Source: Camelus dromedarius (Eukaryota). From it: DNA of 64,000 nucleotides. Positions within the stretch are counted from its first letter, which is position 1. Each line of letters starts with the position of its first letter. The stretch spans positions 18,788,001-18,852,000 of the forward strand of contig NC_087437.1 in the NCBI RefSeq assembly GCF_036321535.1, written 5' to 3'. The notes below the pieces were generated by a model. That model was not told the DNA's origin. It worked only from the letters and a program-made list of their open reading frames with translations, and ran no database searches. Shown here in pieces: positions 37,869-52,685 of this stretch. The position numbers were made by a program, and so were the translations under genes.

Positions 37869-39364
37869 GTGCCTAAAATGTTAAGATTTTATTTACAAAG
37901 CTTCATTGCTGCACCAAAAAAAAAAAAAAAAAGCCGTCACAATCTCGTAACTGGTAGCCACAGGCAGTTGATTCACCAATCACAGCTATCCACGCTACAG
38001 TAAGTCTTACATGAAAACCTAATAACTCTTAAACTTTTATTTGGGTGAAGTCCCCATAGAATTGAAAAGCATTCCTTTTTGGTATGACTACAATGTGAGA
38101 GTATGCTACTGTTGTTATTTTTTAGAAGGGGGATATATAAATATTGTATGTATGTATGTATGTATGTATGTATTTGTTTATATAAATTGAGGAAAAACCC
38201 ATTTTCAAGCACCAGTTGCCTCAGGGAATGAAAACTGGGTGGTTGGGGAAAGGGTGGAAAGATTGGCATTTCTTTAGGTTCACTGTTCCTAAGGCCCAAG
38301 GCTTTCTTCAGTTTAACTCAAACATTATCAATTGCCTACTATATGCCAGACACTGTGCTAAATATTTTAGTGCTGGTTTAGATACGGGAATTCCAGAGGT
38401 ATGAGACGAAATCTTTAGACAATGGTATAGGATACAGAAAAGAGGCTCTTAGTACAACCTAGATGGTCCTGGGGGAAGTACACTTGAGCTGTAAAAGGCT
38501 AAATAAAAGTAAAGCTGGTGGGAGGTGGAGCAGAAAGTTTTCTCAATATGGATGGATGCTATGCTAAAAGCTGTAAGTATATTAACATATGATGAATTGT
38601 TATTATCCCATTTACTCCATTTTACAGATGAGGAAATTACAGAGAAAATAGAAAACGTGCTCAAGATCATATGGCTAATAACTTGGAACAGTCTGGTTCC
38701 AAACAGTAATATAAAGGTTGAGTCTTTGGTTTCAGTATCTGCCTTGGGGAGACCTGGGTTATTTCACTCCTATCCTTTACTTCTCTCTCCTTAACTCTTT
38801 CTCTTCCTTCTTTCTCCTGGCTCTCCAGATTTTCTCCTGCTCATCTTCTTCCCTTGACTCCATCATTATAATGGCCCATCTCTCTTTCTCTGTCTCCACA
38901 CATAGCTTGCAAACATTGACTTCAAATCTGGCCACTTCAAAACTAGTCAAAACTATAGCAAAAGATTAGAAACAATTTAAATGTCTATTCATATACAAGT
39001 AGAGAAAAATTGTGTCATGTTGATACAACAGAATACTAAGCCATGAAAAAGAATAAAGCAGTTCTGAAACTATATATACATAATATCAAATATATTGTTA
39101 AGTAATAAGAAAAGACACAAAGAACAATTAGTATGCTATGCTACTATCTGTGAGGGTGGGGTTTATATGTGTGTATATTCATAAGTGCATAGGTTATCTA
39201 AGGAACAACACACACACAAATTTAAAAGAGTGATTACCTCCTGAGAGAATTAGGTAGCTGGGAGAAAGAGTAGAAGACTTACATTTCACACACTGTATTC
39301 ATTTTAAATTTTATATAATATGCATGTACCAACAATTAAAAATAAATATATCTAAATAAAATAG

Positions 39365-40030
39365 TTAAATAAAAATAGAATTACCATATGACCCAGCGAT
39401 TCCAATCGTGGGTATACACCTGATAAAAACAAAAACACTAATTTGTAAAGATACATGCACCCCAATGTTCACAGCAGCACTATTTACAATAGCCAGGATA
39501 TAGAAGCAAACTAAGTATCCATCAACAGACAAATGGAAAAAGAAGATATGATACACACACACACAATGGAATACTACTCAGCCATAAAAAGAATGAAATC
39601 TTGCTATTTGCAACAACATGGATGGACTTGAACAGCATTATGCTAAGTGACGTAAGTCAGAGAAAGGCAAATACTGTATGATATCACTTACACATGGAAT
39701 CTAAAAAATACAACAAACTAGTGAATATAAAAAAAATAAACAGACTCAGATATACAGAACAAAACTAGGAGTTATCAGTGGGGAGAGGAGTTGAGGGAGA
39801 GGCAAGATCGGGTAGGAGACTAAGAAGCACAAACTACCATGTATAAAATAAGCTACAAAGATATGTTGTACAGTACAGAGAATATAGCCAATATTTTATA
39901 GTAACTATAAATGGAGTATAATCATTAAAAATTGTGAATCACTATATTGTACACTTGTAAGTTATATAATATTGTACATCAACTATACTTTAATTAAAAT
40001 TTAAAAAAAATTTTTAATTAAAAAAAAAAT
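39365..40030 (+). mobile_element. 5'-truncated L1 (ORF2 end and 3'UTR)
   Basis: aaaatagaattaccatatgacccagc...gatacatgcaccccaatgttcacagcagc...tgtacatcaactatactttaatt, then A-rich tail. Confidence 0.9.
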
Positions 40031-41839
40031 AAAGGCCAGAAGGTGGTAGTCTCCTTAAAGACTATTATTTACTTGCTCAGTAACTACAGGCCTGCCTTCA
40101 GTGTGAGTCATGAAATGGTACTAAGGATTCTTATTCACCTAAGGACAGCTTATTCACCCAACCTTGGTGAGCAGATAGTGCACTGACATGGGACGAAAAT
40201 ATGACTAATACTACAGAACATTAAGTACGCACAAACTCTTTTTTAAAAATAATCTTCTGAACAAGATCTCAACCACAGTGTTCTTATTTCCTGATTTTCA
40301 GTATTATTTTAAAGTAAGGTTGCTGGAGAAGAGCTTTGCTACAGAGAGCATAAACTAATCCTTGCAGGCAACCATCAATATACTGAACCAAAATACACAA
40401 CCAGGTAAAAAGTTGATGCAGGAAGAGGAAATGAAGATTCTACTAAGCTAGTGATCCAATCTAAATCCTGGTGCTGGGAGAACGTACATTAAAACTCATT
40501 ACTTAAAGTACTGAGCCAGCATGTACAGGAAGTAAAAAGTAGTGGGCATATTATATCTAGAAGGGGAGACAAGCATATTAACCCACAAAACTATTAAATA
40601 ACTCAGCATAAGTCAAGATCAGAACTTGTATTTAGTGATTCCATTTAACCAGGGGACAAAATCATGGGGCTCCTGACTCTGTGGAGTCCATTACCAACTG
40701 CCTCCAGCCTGCACACAGCCATCCAGCCATCTTCTCCATCTTGGAATTCTCTTGCTCAAAACCTGAAATGCTCCCCAACTATCTAAAATTTAACTCCTTT
40801 GCCTGGCAGTCAAGTGTAAACAATGGACTAACATGATCAAGTTTATGTTTCAGCCAATCTGTTAATTGTTTAACCTTGGGAAAGTTCCCTTAACTTTCAT
40901 TTTCTTATTTGTAAAATGGGACGGTTAAATTACCTGATCTTCAAAGTCCACTTCAGGTATAATTCCACTTGGTCAAGCAACTCTGTACCTCACAACCCCT
41001 CAGCTTTTGTTCTGGTCAAACAACTCTCCAAGCTTCTTCCTACAGGGTCCTATACAGACCCTGCCTCTCTCTTGGACTCATCCTACACATCCCTTATTCT
41101 ACACACCTCTCCCACTCAACTCTCCTCTCAAGCCAAATCTGGCCTCCGTTCAGTTACTCCAAGATGCCAGGCTCCCTGCCACCAAAGTTTTCCCATGTGC
41201 TGCACCACCACATCCCACCTATCCTTAGGTTCTCAGTCATTTCAGACCCAATGCTCCCTTTTTAAAAATAACAAAAATTTCACAGCATCCCTTTATCATT
41301 CTGAAATATAACTTACAGATAACACAAATTAAACATAATTTTAAATAATTACATATATGTATATTTTAAGTAGAGTCCTAAGTATTATAAAGGAGAAATA
41401 AAACGAACATAATTTAGTACAAAATAATATGTATGTTAATGGTAAATGTCCTGGTACAAACGACTATTTGATCATTCAGTCAATATGCATGAAAATATAA
41501 CTGATTTATAAAGATAACAAAAACTAGGAATCAAGAAACCTGAGTTCCAGTACCAGCTTTGCCAGTAAGAAGCCTAAAATCACTTCTAAATTTTTAAAAA
41601 ATTCTTTAAAGTCACTTCACCTATCTGGCTCTGAGTTCCAGCCTAGGTGAAGAGAGCAGGCAAGGCTGGCACAGTCCCTTGGTCGTGATCAAGCAGGTGG
41701 AACTCTAAGCTTACTTCAACCAGAAAGGCAGCTCAGCTAGGATTTGTTTATATATTGCAGCTAGCATTTGTTTATAGAAGGCTTCCTGTTACTTCTTAAA
41801 TGATAAAAGGGGCTGTGACAGTTTTTTATAAAACTAAAG

Positions 41840-42620
41840 ATGCAATTAGGATACAACTCAGCAATTGCACTCTTGGACATTTATTCCAGAGAAATGAAAA
41901 CTTAAGTTCACACAACTGTTCATACTTGCTTTATTTGTAACAGTCCAAAACTGGAAACAATCCAAATCTTTCAACAGGTAGGTGAATGGTTAAACAAACT
42001 GTGGTTCATCCATCTCACAGAATTCTACTCAGCAATAAAAAGGAACAAACTACTGATACATGCAACGTTTGGATGAATCTTCAGGGAATTATGCCAAGTG
42101 AAAAAAGTCAATCTCAACAGGTTATATAGTGAATGATTCCATTTATACAGAGACCCAAGTAGGGGGTGGAAGGTAGAAGGGGGGTGATAGAAGTAGGCGT
42201 GGTTATAAACATGCAACACAAGGGATCCTTGTGGTGCTGGAAATGTTCAGTATCTTGACTGCGGTGGAGGGGTGGTGGAGGATACAGCTCAGTGGTAGAG
42301 CACATGCTTAGCGTCACGAGGTCCTGGGTTCAATTCCCAGTACCTCCTCTAAAAATGAAGAAATAAGTCTAAAAAAAACCACACAAGTGATAAAATTGTG
42401 TAGAATTTATTACACACACATATACAAGTGAAACTGGAGAAATGTGAATAATGTTAGTAGATTGTATAAATGTCAATATCCTGGTTATGATAATATACTG
42501 TAGTTCTACAGATGTTACCACTGGAGGAAACCCTGTCAAGTATATAATCTCTCTGTATTATTTCTTACAACTGCATATGAATCTACAATTACCTCAGTTA
42601 AAAAATAAAGTTTGAAAAAC
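41840..42620 (+). mobile_element. Old L1 (L1MD-like) 3' fragment with nested SINE
   Basis: cagcaattgcactcttggacatttattccagagaaatgaaaac...gatgttaccactggaggaaac. Confidence 0.78.
42275..42378 (+). mobile_element. Vic-1-type SINE
   Basis: cagctcagtggtagagcacatgcttagc...gaggtcctgggttcaattcccagtacctc. Confidence 0.9.
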
Positions 42621-43749
42621 TAAATTGATGTGCCCAGAGGCTACCTAAAGCTAGAACGTAGACATTTGACAGTCCCCCGTTCTTTTCAAACTGTCAGTAA
42701 TATTGAATTAATGGGGTTCCTCCAATTGTAGCAATCTAATACTTTCCTAAAATACAATAAAAAGAATTAATAGAAAAATAAAGACAAAATACAAAATACA
42801 AACCCACATTTTCCTATTATGAACTTTTGATTTCTGTAAGCTATCACAGTGGGTATGGCAATCGGCACTGGGATCACACTTTTGAGTAGTGATGCATTAA
42901 GACAACTAAGCCTACTCATGAATTAATACCACAACAGTTCTATCTCCTGAAAATTCAACATAGACATCATCTGATGAAAAAGATATCCACATTCTTGAAA
43001 AAGGTCTTGAAATATTTATATGGGGAAAAAAAGCCTCCTATCTATTCATGAAAAAGCCCATCAGAGCCAAAAACAAACAAAACACTTCAGGAATCAATTT
43101 CTTTATAAAAGAGAACAAATAAGAGTTAATTATGCTTTAGATACCTGACAGATTAACAGAAATCATTATTTAAAATATAGATGCTGCAAAATAGCTGAGA
43201 TTCAAGTAAGGCAACTCCAGGTGTTCTGTGAAACTTTTTGTGGGAGACTAGTCTCGACTGGGTTCCAGAACAGGAGTGTTCTAAATATGAAACTGTCTCA
43301 TTTTGGACACTCTAATTCTACATCTATCTTCCTTCTTAATTTAGGTTCAAGTGTAGATATTATAGACAGTATTTTTAGCTCAAACAAATAATAATAGGAG
43401 AGACACTGCTTTAGGAAAGATCTTTGGTGTTCTCTTTACTTGCTGCAAGTAATAAATCCTTCTCCCAAGAAAAACAAATAAATAAATAATAGAGGTTAAG
43501 AAAAAAATATGAAAAGTTAAACCTAAGATTAATTCCCAAGTGTCATACTCCGTTTAAAATAAAACTCTTGCCAGTGATACCAAAGAAGAGCTCACTCTTT
43601 GCCTCACTCTTCCAATACTCTAAGAAATTTATAAATACACAGCAAAGTGTTCACAATCAAGTGATACACAGAACACCAAGGGCATAGATTATCTGATTAA
43701 TAGCCTTAATATTTAGCAAAACACATTGGTGAAACAGAAAAAGGAAAAA

Positions 43750-44290
43750 TTTTTTCAGCAATGAAAAAGGAAGTACAGATACATACAGTATGGATGAACC
43801 TTGAAAACATTATGCTAAATAAAAGAAGCCATTCAAAAAGACTGCATATCATATGATTCCATTTATATGACATGTCCAGAATAGGCAAATCTACACAGAC
43901 ACAAAGTAGATTAGTCATTGCATAGGGCTGGGAGCAGGGATGGGATTGGAAAATGAGTTTCTTTTTGAAGTGATGAAATTTTTCTAAAATAGATTTTGGT
44001 AGGTTTGCACTACTCCGAACATACCAAAAAAAAAAAACCAAAACCCACTGAAATGTGCAATTTTTAAATTTTTTTATTTGGCGGGAAGGGGGGGATTAGG
44101 TTGGTTGGTTGGTTTGTTTGTTTTAATGGAGGTACTGGGTATTGAACCCAGGACCTCATTCATGCTAAGCATGAATTCTACCAATAAGCTATACCCTCCT
44201 TCCTGAAATGTACATTTTAAATGGATGAACTGTCTTTAAATGGATAAATTGTATGATATATGAATATATATCAATAAATTTGTTGCCAAA
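43750..44290 (+). mobile_element. L1MB-like 3' fragment with nested SINE
   Basis: atggatgaaccttgaaaacattatgctaa...atgtccagaataggcaaatct. Confidence 0.8.
44066..44202 (-). mobile_element. Vic-1-type SINE
   Basis: ggaggtactgggtattgaacccaggacctc...catgctaagcatg...gctataccctcc; flanks ctgaaatgtgca / ctgaaatgtaca. Confidence 0.92.
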
Positions 44291-46339
44291 ATATGGGGGA
44301 GAGGGAAGGAAACAGCAATAGATTCCACAGACAGTAGGCAATAAATGCTTACTAAATATATAACAAAAAATAAGAAATAAAGTGAAAGGATTAAATGCTT
44401 ATATAGAAAAAGTACAGAGTTTTTCCACATATACCTTGTGTCTGAGATGCAAAAGCAAAATTGAATCAAGTCTATTGAGTACAGAAATGGATGAAGGAAG
44501 AAATTATTGGTCTCAGAGTATCTTACGCAGATCCACCAAAGAGCTATGCATATCGTATCTATAGGTCAGGGCCACCTATCACTCATGGTACAATATGCAT
44601 CATTTTCCCTTTCCCTACATAATTCCAACCTCTGCTAATTATTTATGTAATTTAAAAGAAGAGAATATGATACTTACACAATAGTGAGTGGAAGAATAGC
44701 ATATATACCCGTATATATTTGAAAAAGCAAAAAGCTCCCTGAAGGGCATATGAGAAATTGCTAGCTTTGGTTGCCTACAGGGAAGAGAACTACATGGCTG
44801 GAGGAAGTCTTCATTCAGTACTTTCAAATTCTGAAGTAGTATTTATCATGTAACAAAAAAAGTTAAGTTCAAAAAATATCCTTCAATAGGTCTGACGGCC
44901 CTCCAGCTTGACACAGATCCATCAAGCAACTACTTTATATCCGGTTAAAAAACCTGCCTAAAACCGTGTGATGGCACTGGCATCTATTCTCCTATCTCCA
45001 TCTTCTCACCAAAGAGAGTGAAACTCTATATAAGTGGAAACACAGAACACTGGCAATACTCATCCTGAACAGTAAAAAGAGACCCAAGAGACCCAGTTTC
45101 CTAGTCTAGCAACTAAGCGGTACCTAAGTCTCCTCTTAAATTCTGAGACTTTATGAGATAATTAAATGACAATTATTCTATTTCTTCAACCACATTTGTG
45201 TCTCTAGGCTTTCCCTGTTCACATTAGCCCCTTACCAATTTGATTAGATTTCAAAGAATCTCTTTAAGGAAAAAGTCTGTGTAGCACATATCTGAACACA
45301 TAACAGGTTTTTGAAAAATATACGTTAAATTGAAAAGTGATAACTGACCTGGTAAACTTCAATCATATGTAAAAGAGATACTTAGGGAAAATGGAAAATG
45401 ATCCCATTTGAAATAAATTATGAAAAGGTATGTATGAAAAGGTACAGAGAAAGGTATGCAGGCTGAGTGTAACAGTAATTATCTCTGAAGAGGGCAATGG
45501 GAAAGGGAGAACAGAGGTTGTGAATAGAAAGATCTGAAAGGGGACTTTCACTTTCTGTTGTATTTTCCTTCTTTATCTGAATTTTACAACTAGCATATGG
45601 TTACTGAATAACTAGGGATATCTCAGGAAAGGTGAAAATGTACCTAAAAGCTAATTCCCATTAACTTTAAAAAAAAATAAAATCTGAAAATAACAGGAGT
45701 GTTACCTTTTTCTAAAAGAAAAGCAGTCTTTTTCCTAACAGAATTAGTCAAAATTTGAACCTCTTACATACTACATACACATATGTACATACACATAGCC
45801 CTTTTAAACAAAATTAAGGAAGCTTTCCTGTTCCTTCTGCTTCTAGTCCTCCTAGAAACCCAGTAACTCCCAAAATGTTCAATATCTCTCAAATGCAAAT
45901 TTCCCGTTCTCACCCACTGTCATAGTTAAGCATCCTGCCCTGCTCTTCTAGACTACGAATTTTAATATCTCCCCTCCCTGTCTCCCTATCTTTGGGGAAC
46001 CCTTCCAAGTTTGTCCTCAGATCATAGAAGTATATTTTATAATTCTACTCCAAGGATCTTGGGTTACTTGCACAAAGGCAATCAAGAGGACAGCTGAGCA
46101 ATCTCTGAATAATGTTATGATCAGAGGCAACCAAATTAATATTCTTGATAGCAGCCTTTCCCCCAGAGGGACAGCAACAAGCCATCAACGACACCATGCA
46201 AGATTTCCAAGTCATCAGGCAATGTACTAAAGGCTGAATTTAGTTTTAAAAAAGGTAGATTAAGGTGACAGCATATAACATAGAAAAGAATACACAAAAG
46301 TAGAACCAATGTAAGCTGAAAATGGTCTGTTTATAGCAA

Positions 46340-46560
46340 AGCAAGAGTCTGTATAGTCAAATGGAGTTTCAATTCCAGCTTCACCACTCACAAATTTTGT
46401 GACCTTGGGTAAACAATCCATCTTTTAAAAACCAAGTTTACTGATATGTAAACTGGAAATGACACTACCAGAGACTTTTTAAAGGAATAAGATAAAATGC
46501 ATTCAAAGGATTTAGCAAAATGCCTGTTATATTATAAGCATTTCATAAACTTTGGCTATC
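46340..46560 (+). mobile_element. MIR SINE
   Basis: ttccagcttcaccactcac...gtgaccttgggtaa...tgtaaactggaaatgac...ttagcaaaatgcctg. Confidence 0.65.
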
Positions 46561-49500
46561 ATATACCTAACACAGGGTCATACACAAAGTGTGAACTCAA
46601 CAAATACTACTTCACATTCATTGTTAAAGTCCCTGCTCAAAATCACATAGTGACAGGTAAGTTGGAAAGCTAAGATCACTCATTTTTGTTTTGTTTTGTT
46701 TCTGATGCTAAGCCCAGAGCTATTTTTACAATATAAAAACTTCCAGTAGTGAGAAGGTGGTGGAGGCTTAGATTTCAATCAAAAATGAATGCATGTGAAT
46801 AGAGACCTCTGTCTTACCTACCTATGCGTTAACTGTACAAGTATAATACTTATCAGTGTAGAAGACAGAAAAATACAATTTTCTTAGGTTTTAATGATAC
46901 TTAAACTAAACATTATAGAGTCCACTGTGTTTAATTTTGCAATACCTTATAATTATGTAATAGTGTCATTTTAAATAATCTGGGTTTCTCTTAAAAGTAA
47001 AGTATTTCACCATGTAAACATCAAAACTGCTACTTTTTAAGATTTTGAGATTACATTTTAAGGCAAACATTTTCCATTACTGACACTGTCAATGATATAT
47101 GAAGACTTCAAAAGGATTGGGCTCCTTAAAAATATTTTCCTAACTGAAATCAGATCCCAACCTAACTAGATGTATGCAGTCAGTGTAAATCTTCTCTTAA
47201 GTTATTGTAATAGTTCATTTTCAAAATGGATAGTACTTCAATGGCTTTAGATCTCCACACCCACCCAGTAATGAAGAAATAACGCTGTAACTTTGAAACT
47301 ACACAGTCCTCAAATAAAGAAACCGTTGCTTATAAATAAATTCAAAACTAGTGGTTAGCTCAAAATTATTATGGAACTTACAAGATAGGATTTTCTTATT
47401 CTAAGTGTTTTCTTTTTATTTTGTAAAATAATACATAGTTTGGGAAGTATTGTTAAAGGAGAACTAGTTAACTAAAATAACATTTGCAAGTCACTGAGTT
47501 AGCAAGTCACTCAGTGAAAATTATCATTAGAAAAATTTCAGACTACTAAGAGGGAAAAGCGACCCACTTGCCCCAAATAAGTCCACTCACAGCTTGTCTA
47601 CAGGAAGAGGCACACTCGTTAAGAGCCCAACTCTCAGCAGAAAAGAAGATGGTCACAAATCCCCACTTGCAGAATCGGATGCACTGTCATAATGGCTTAA
47701 TGGCGCCACAACCAGAAACCTGCCTGAAACCAGTTACCTAGGCTCCAAAGTTACACAGAAAACCACTACTGTGGCCTATGTATCTCCTTCTGTCTGAGTA
47801 CTACTAATGGTAGATGTAATATTAATGCTCACATTCCTTTCTCATATTAATATGAAAAAAAAGACCAAATGGTATAAATGCTTCTCTATTCTTTTTTTTT
47901 TTTTTTTTGGTATTTTTTTTTTGTTCTATTCATTTTTTTAAGTTAAAGGATTAAAAACTGTAGTTCACTGGTTCACTTATTCAACAGTAAATTTATGTCT
48001 ACCTTCCTTTATTCCCAATGCTTTAGGATCAAGCTTAGCAAACATGTTTTAATACACCACCCAAACAAATTACCTGAGCAGAAGAGGGAACAAATACTTT
48101 GTGTTTTCTTATTTGAAAACTGTAAAGATGATCTACACAAGCTGACTACAACCTCTAACTATGCAAGGTCATACACACATTAAGCATTTTCGTTACTTGC
48201 ATATATATGACAAACCACAAAACCACAGTCTAATTGTAACACCAAGGGAAAAGGAAAAGCTTATCTTACATCCAAAACAAAGGCATACTATATCATGTAA
48301 CTAATTCATTGTTTAACTCTTAACTCTTATCCATATAACCGGACTATATACATAGAAACTTGTTTAGGAGTAGTGAGTGAAAGACAGTTAATGGTTAAAT
48401 GACTGGAAAATTGCTTCCTTTTGATATCATTAGTACCTTCATTACAAGTTTGTTATGAACCTAAAATGAATAATATGGAAAAAATGCTTAGCATAACCTG
48501 ACATACAGGTGAGCATTCAATAATGTTATCTATGATCATAGTCTAATTCTATATAGTAAGTCTCAGAGAGGAGTTTTTCTAATATGCTATATTGACAGCC
48601 ACAGCTTTAATTGACTTTATATATATTCTTTGTATAAATTTATATATTTTTATGTAAAAGCAGGTAACAATATACAGAATACATATAGTTAAAGAAATCA
48701 TTGGTTAAAAAATAACTGCCTAGGGCTCTAGGAGAAGATAATGAATTCTTCACAAGTTAAAGGTAAAAAGTACTTATTGCGGGTTGGTATGGCATATACA
48801 GTTCTCTATCTCACACACACACACAGAGTAGACACTCCCTGTAGGCAGAATAAAAACCTGAAACACAGAAGCCTCTCAGTTAGTTACAAAACAGCTTAAT
48901 AATTTAATAATGGAATGGTGAGTGAAGTACATCAAAAGTTAAAACTAATGATTTCCAATGAAAATGTGAAATTTCCACAACCAACAAAAGATCAAAAATG
49001 AAATAATTATAATTGATTACAACGTTGTCCAAAACCAACAACTGTCTTCTCCTACGGATGTTTCCTTAGGCTCACAGTGCAAAAAAAAAGCATGTTAAGA
49101 GAATTCCAGCTGGTTCTCCCCAGGACATGCCTCCAGTAATTAACTGTAATGAATTTTAATTAGAGGAATGATGTCCACATAACTGATAAATATGGAACCT
49201 AACTTATGAAAATATACAACTGCAGAGATAAGTTCTAGATAAATCTTTGTTCAGTAACATAAAGGTAGCAAATTGTAATGATTTATAAAGTTAGAGGAAA
49301 ACATCCATTTTAATAATGTCTAAATATAAGACCTACACCAAATCAGTAGTTCAAGAATAAGCAATTTTAAATGACCATACTTCAACTATTTAATAGAAAT
49401 TAACTACTGTGTAACTAAACTACATGTAAGTAACTTGCTGGAGACAGTAATTAGTGGCCTGGCTACAAAAACTGAGCACCTCTATTTCAAATAGCAGGTC

Positions 49501-50871
49501 TTCAGTTTAATTCCTGTGAAAATGGTCAACAGTTTAAATGATTAAATAAATATTAAAGAGAATTTCAAATTGCAGTAAACTTATAATTCTGACAATCTGA
49601 AATACTCACTTAAATCACAAAAGCTCAATCATTTAAGATAGTAAATTACAAATATCTCAAAAGGGAGTTTGACCTCTTGTTGACAGTCACTTCAAATTTC
49701 TTCCAGTGGCTCAGCAGGTAAAGAATTCATGGAATCCAGGTCTTCAAGGTCTAGTAAGCACTGTGGTTAAACCACCCAGTAAACACCAAGTTACGTGGGG
49801 CAATGCCTGTAAATTATATAACTCCTTTGACCCCTCCCATATTTTCTTTACTTCCCAACTGCCATTACCTCTAAATAGTAGAAGATAGATATGAAATTGG
49901 TAAGCATAATAAATTAATTATTAGAAATGCAAGGGAAAACTATGATCAGGAATGTGGTTAAACTGCAGTTTAAATAAAGCTTCTGGATTACCCATGGATT
50001 TCTTTTAATCCACATAATCCTCTTCCTAAAGGCATGGATAATCAGGATCGCATTTCCATTGAAGGCAAATGAGCATTTGCCTGGTGGTCTCCCAAGGAGC
50101 CAAAGCAGCAGGAGATAAACTACAGGGCCAGGGATGTGGCAGTCCCTTCCGGGTTTGCAGCAGCAGATTGTGAGCCACTGACCTGTGCTGTAGCCAATAC
50201 CACAACACAGGGGACTGCCAGATTAATGTTCTTTATTTCAGCAGTAAATACTCCCAAAGGGTCAACTGATAATAACTTCAGGTGACCTATTTTAAATATT
50301 CGAGGAAATAAGGAAATAAAACATTCTTGGTGAAGAGGTGAGGGAAAGATAGGTAGATCCTGGAGCCAGGACTCAGAGGAAGGATTTGTACATTTTTTGA
50401 GGAAACGAGCGAATTTCTAGATTATTGACAGCTTTAGGCTGGAAACAAGCTGACTGAATAATGGAAAGCTACTTGTGCAATACAACTTAGCTATACAGGT
50501 AAACATCCTCCCTTCAATCCTTAAGAAAGTTGAAGAAATTAACACAACTAAGTGCTGGAATAAAATGGATAGGCTAGAACAAAGTGACAATGCTAGAAAG
50601 AAAGCAAGGAGAAAAGCTGAGACTTCATAACATAATCATAACAAAATTAATCTCCAGCTTATCCTAGTTTACCTTGCGACTGCCGTAAATATGAATTCCG
50701 GGTTTATCAAAGGATGAGAAGGTATGTGATGATTTCATCACAGACTTATCCCTCAAATTTCTCTGATAAATAGTCCCTATTGTAACTTGAAATTATGGGA
50801 TTTGCCTCACTTGACAGGTTCCAGAAGTTACACAATAATTTTTAATTGAAAATCTTTTAAAACATTTCTCT

Positions 50872-50932
50872 GGGAGAAGGGAAAGAGCTCAGTGGTAGAA
50901 CACATCCCCAGTACCTCCATTAAAAAAAAAAA
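50872..50932 (+). mobile_element. Internally deleted Vic-1-type SINE
   Basis: gctcagtggtagaacacat joined directly to ccccagtacctccatt plus an A tail. Confidence 0.75.
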
Positions 50933-51280
50933 GAGCCTACTGTTTAAGAGGCACAAGGGACATAGAGAGGAAGCACGTCCTACAGGGACCCTTAATAACC
51001 ACAGGTGGACAGAGTGCCACAGCTGGTGTGTAGTCAAGAAAAAACAACAACAGTAACAACTGTAATAAACTTAAAAAAAATTTTCTCCATCTAGAAGGTT
51101 TACTATTTTATTGCATGTAAATCCATTATGTTGAAGATTGGAATTCGTTCACTTTTATTTCTAAAAGAAATCCAACAATTAGGTTGGTCAATTATCCACT
51201 TATTCCAAGTTTCAATATGTTCTATCCATGAGAAATTTTCTCTTTAAAAAACAAGTCCAAGTGTTAAAAATGAAGGGGAG

Positions 51281-52685
51281 CTTCAGCAAGTGGTGTTGGG
51301 AAACCTGGACAGCAGCATGTAAATCAATGAAGTTAGAACACTCCCTCATACCATACACAAAAATAAACTCAAAATGGCTTAAAGACTTAAATACAAGACA
51401 AGACACTAAACCTCCTAGAAGAAAACATAGGCAAAACATTCTCTGACATAAATCTTAGCAATGTTCTCCTATGGCAGTCTACCCAGGCAATAGAAATAAA
51501 GGCAAAAATAAACAAATGGGACCTAATTAAATTTGTAAGCTCTTACACAGCAAAGGAAACCATAAGCAAAACAAAATGACAATCTATGAAATAGAAGAGA
51601 TATTTACAAATGATGCAACTGACAAAGGTTTAATTTCCAGATATATAAACAGCTCATACCACTTATTAACAAAAAACCCCAACAATCCAATCCAAAAATG
51701 GGTAGAAGAACTAAACAAGCAATTCTCCAATGAAGACATATAAATGGCCAATAGGCACATGAAAAAATGCTCAATATCGCTAATTATCAGAGAAATGCAA
51801 ATGAAAACTACAATGAGGTATCACCTCATACCAGTCAGAATGGCTATTATTCAAAGGTACACAAATGATAAATGCTGGAATGGGTGTGGAGAAAAGGGAA
51901 CCCTCCTACACTGTTGGTGGGAATGTAGTTTGGTGCAGCCATTATGGAAAACAGTATGGAGATTCCTCAAAAAACTAAAAATAGACTTACCCTATGATCT
52001 AGCAATCCCCCTCCTGGGCATATCTGGAGGGAACTCTAATTTAAAAAGATACATGCACCCCAATGTTCATAGCAGCACTATATACAATAGCCAAGACATG
52101 GAAGCAACCTAAATGTCCATTGACAAATGACTGGATAAAGAAGTTGTGGTATATTTATATAATGGAATACTACCCAGCCATTAAAAAGAATAACATAATG
52201 CCATTTGCAGCAATATGGATGGATATGGAGATCATCATTCTGAGTGAAATAAGCCAGAAAGAGAGAAAAATACCGTATACCACGCAGATGTGGAATCTGA
52301 AAATAAAAAAAGAAAGAAAGAAAAGAAAAAAGAAGACACTAATGAACTTATCTACAAAACAGAAACAGAATCGCAGACATAGTAAATCTTATGGTTACCA
52401 AGGGAAAGGGGGTGGGAAGGGACAAATATGTGAGATTGAGATTTGCAAATGATAACCACTATATATAAAAATAGATTAAAAAACAAATTTCTTCTGTATA
52501 GCACAGGGAACTATATTCAATATCTTATAACAACCTTTAATAATAAAGAATATGAAAATGAATGTATGTATATATATGCATGACTGGGACATTATGCTAT
52601 ATACCAGAAATTGACACATTGTAACTGACTATACTTCAATTTAAAAAAAGGCTAATTGCTTCCCCCCAAAAAATAAAATAATGGA
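51281..52685 (+). mobile_element. Relatively young 5'-truncated L1 (ORF2 3' part and 3'UTR) with a short 3' extension
   Basis: ORF2 peptides ([54 protein letters not shown]); TSD aaaaatgaaggggag (51266-51280, preceded by tt) / aaaaatgaaggagag (52686-52700). Confidence 0.95.

Noticed and set aside
43220..43470. Possible old ERVL-type LTR fragment
   Set aside because: Only a partial motif (gagacactgctttagg...gtaataaatcc) is recognisable; family and ends cannot be supported.
47486..47517. 9-bp inverted repeat tcactgagt/actcagtga overlapping a 10-bp direct repeat
   Set aside because: Too short to distinguish from chance or a minor template switch.
51228..52452. L1 ORF2-like ORFs as an active retrotransposon (also 8.8-9.8 kb and 26.5-27.4 kb)
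   Set aside because: 5'-truncated and broken by stops and frameshifts.
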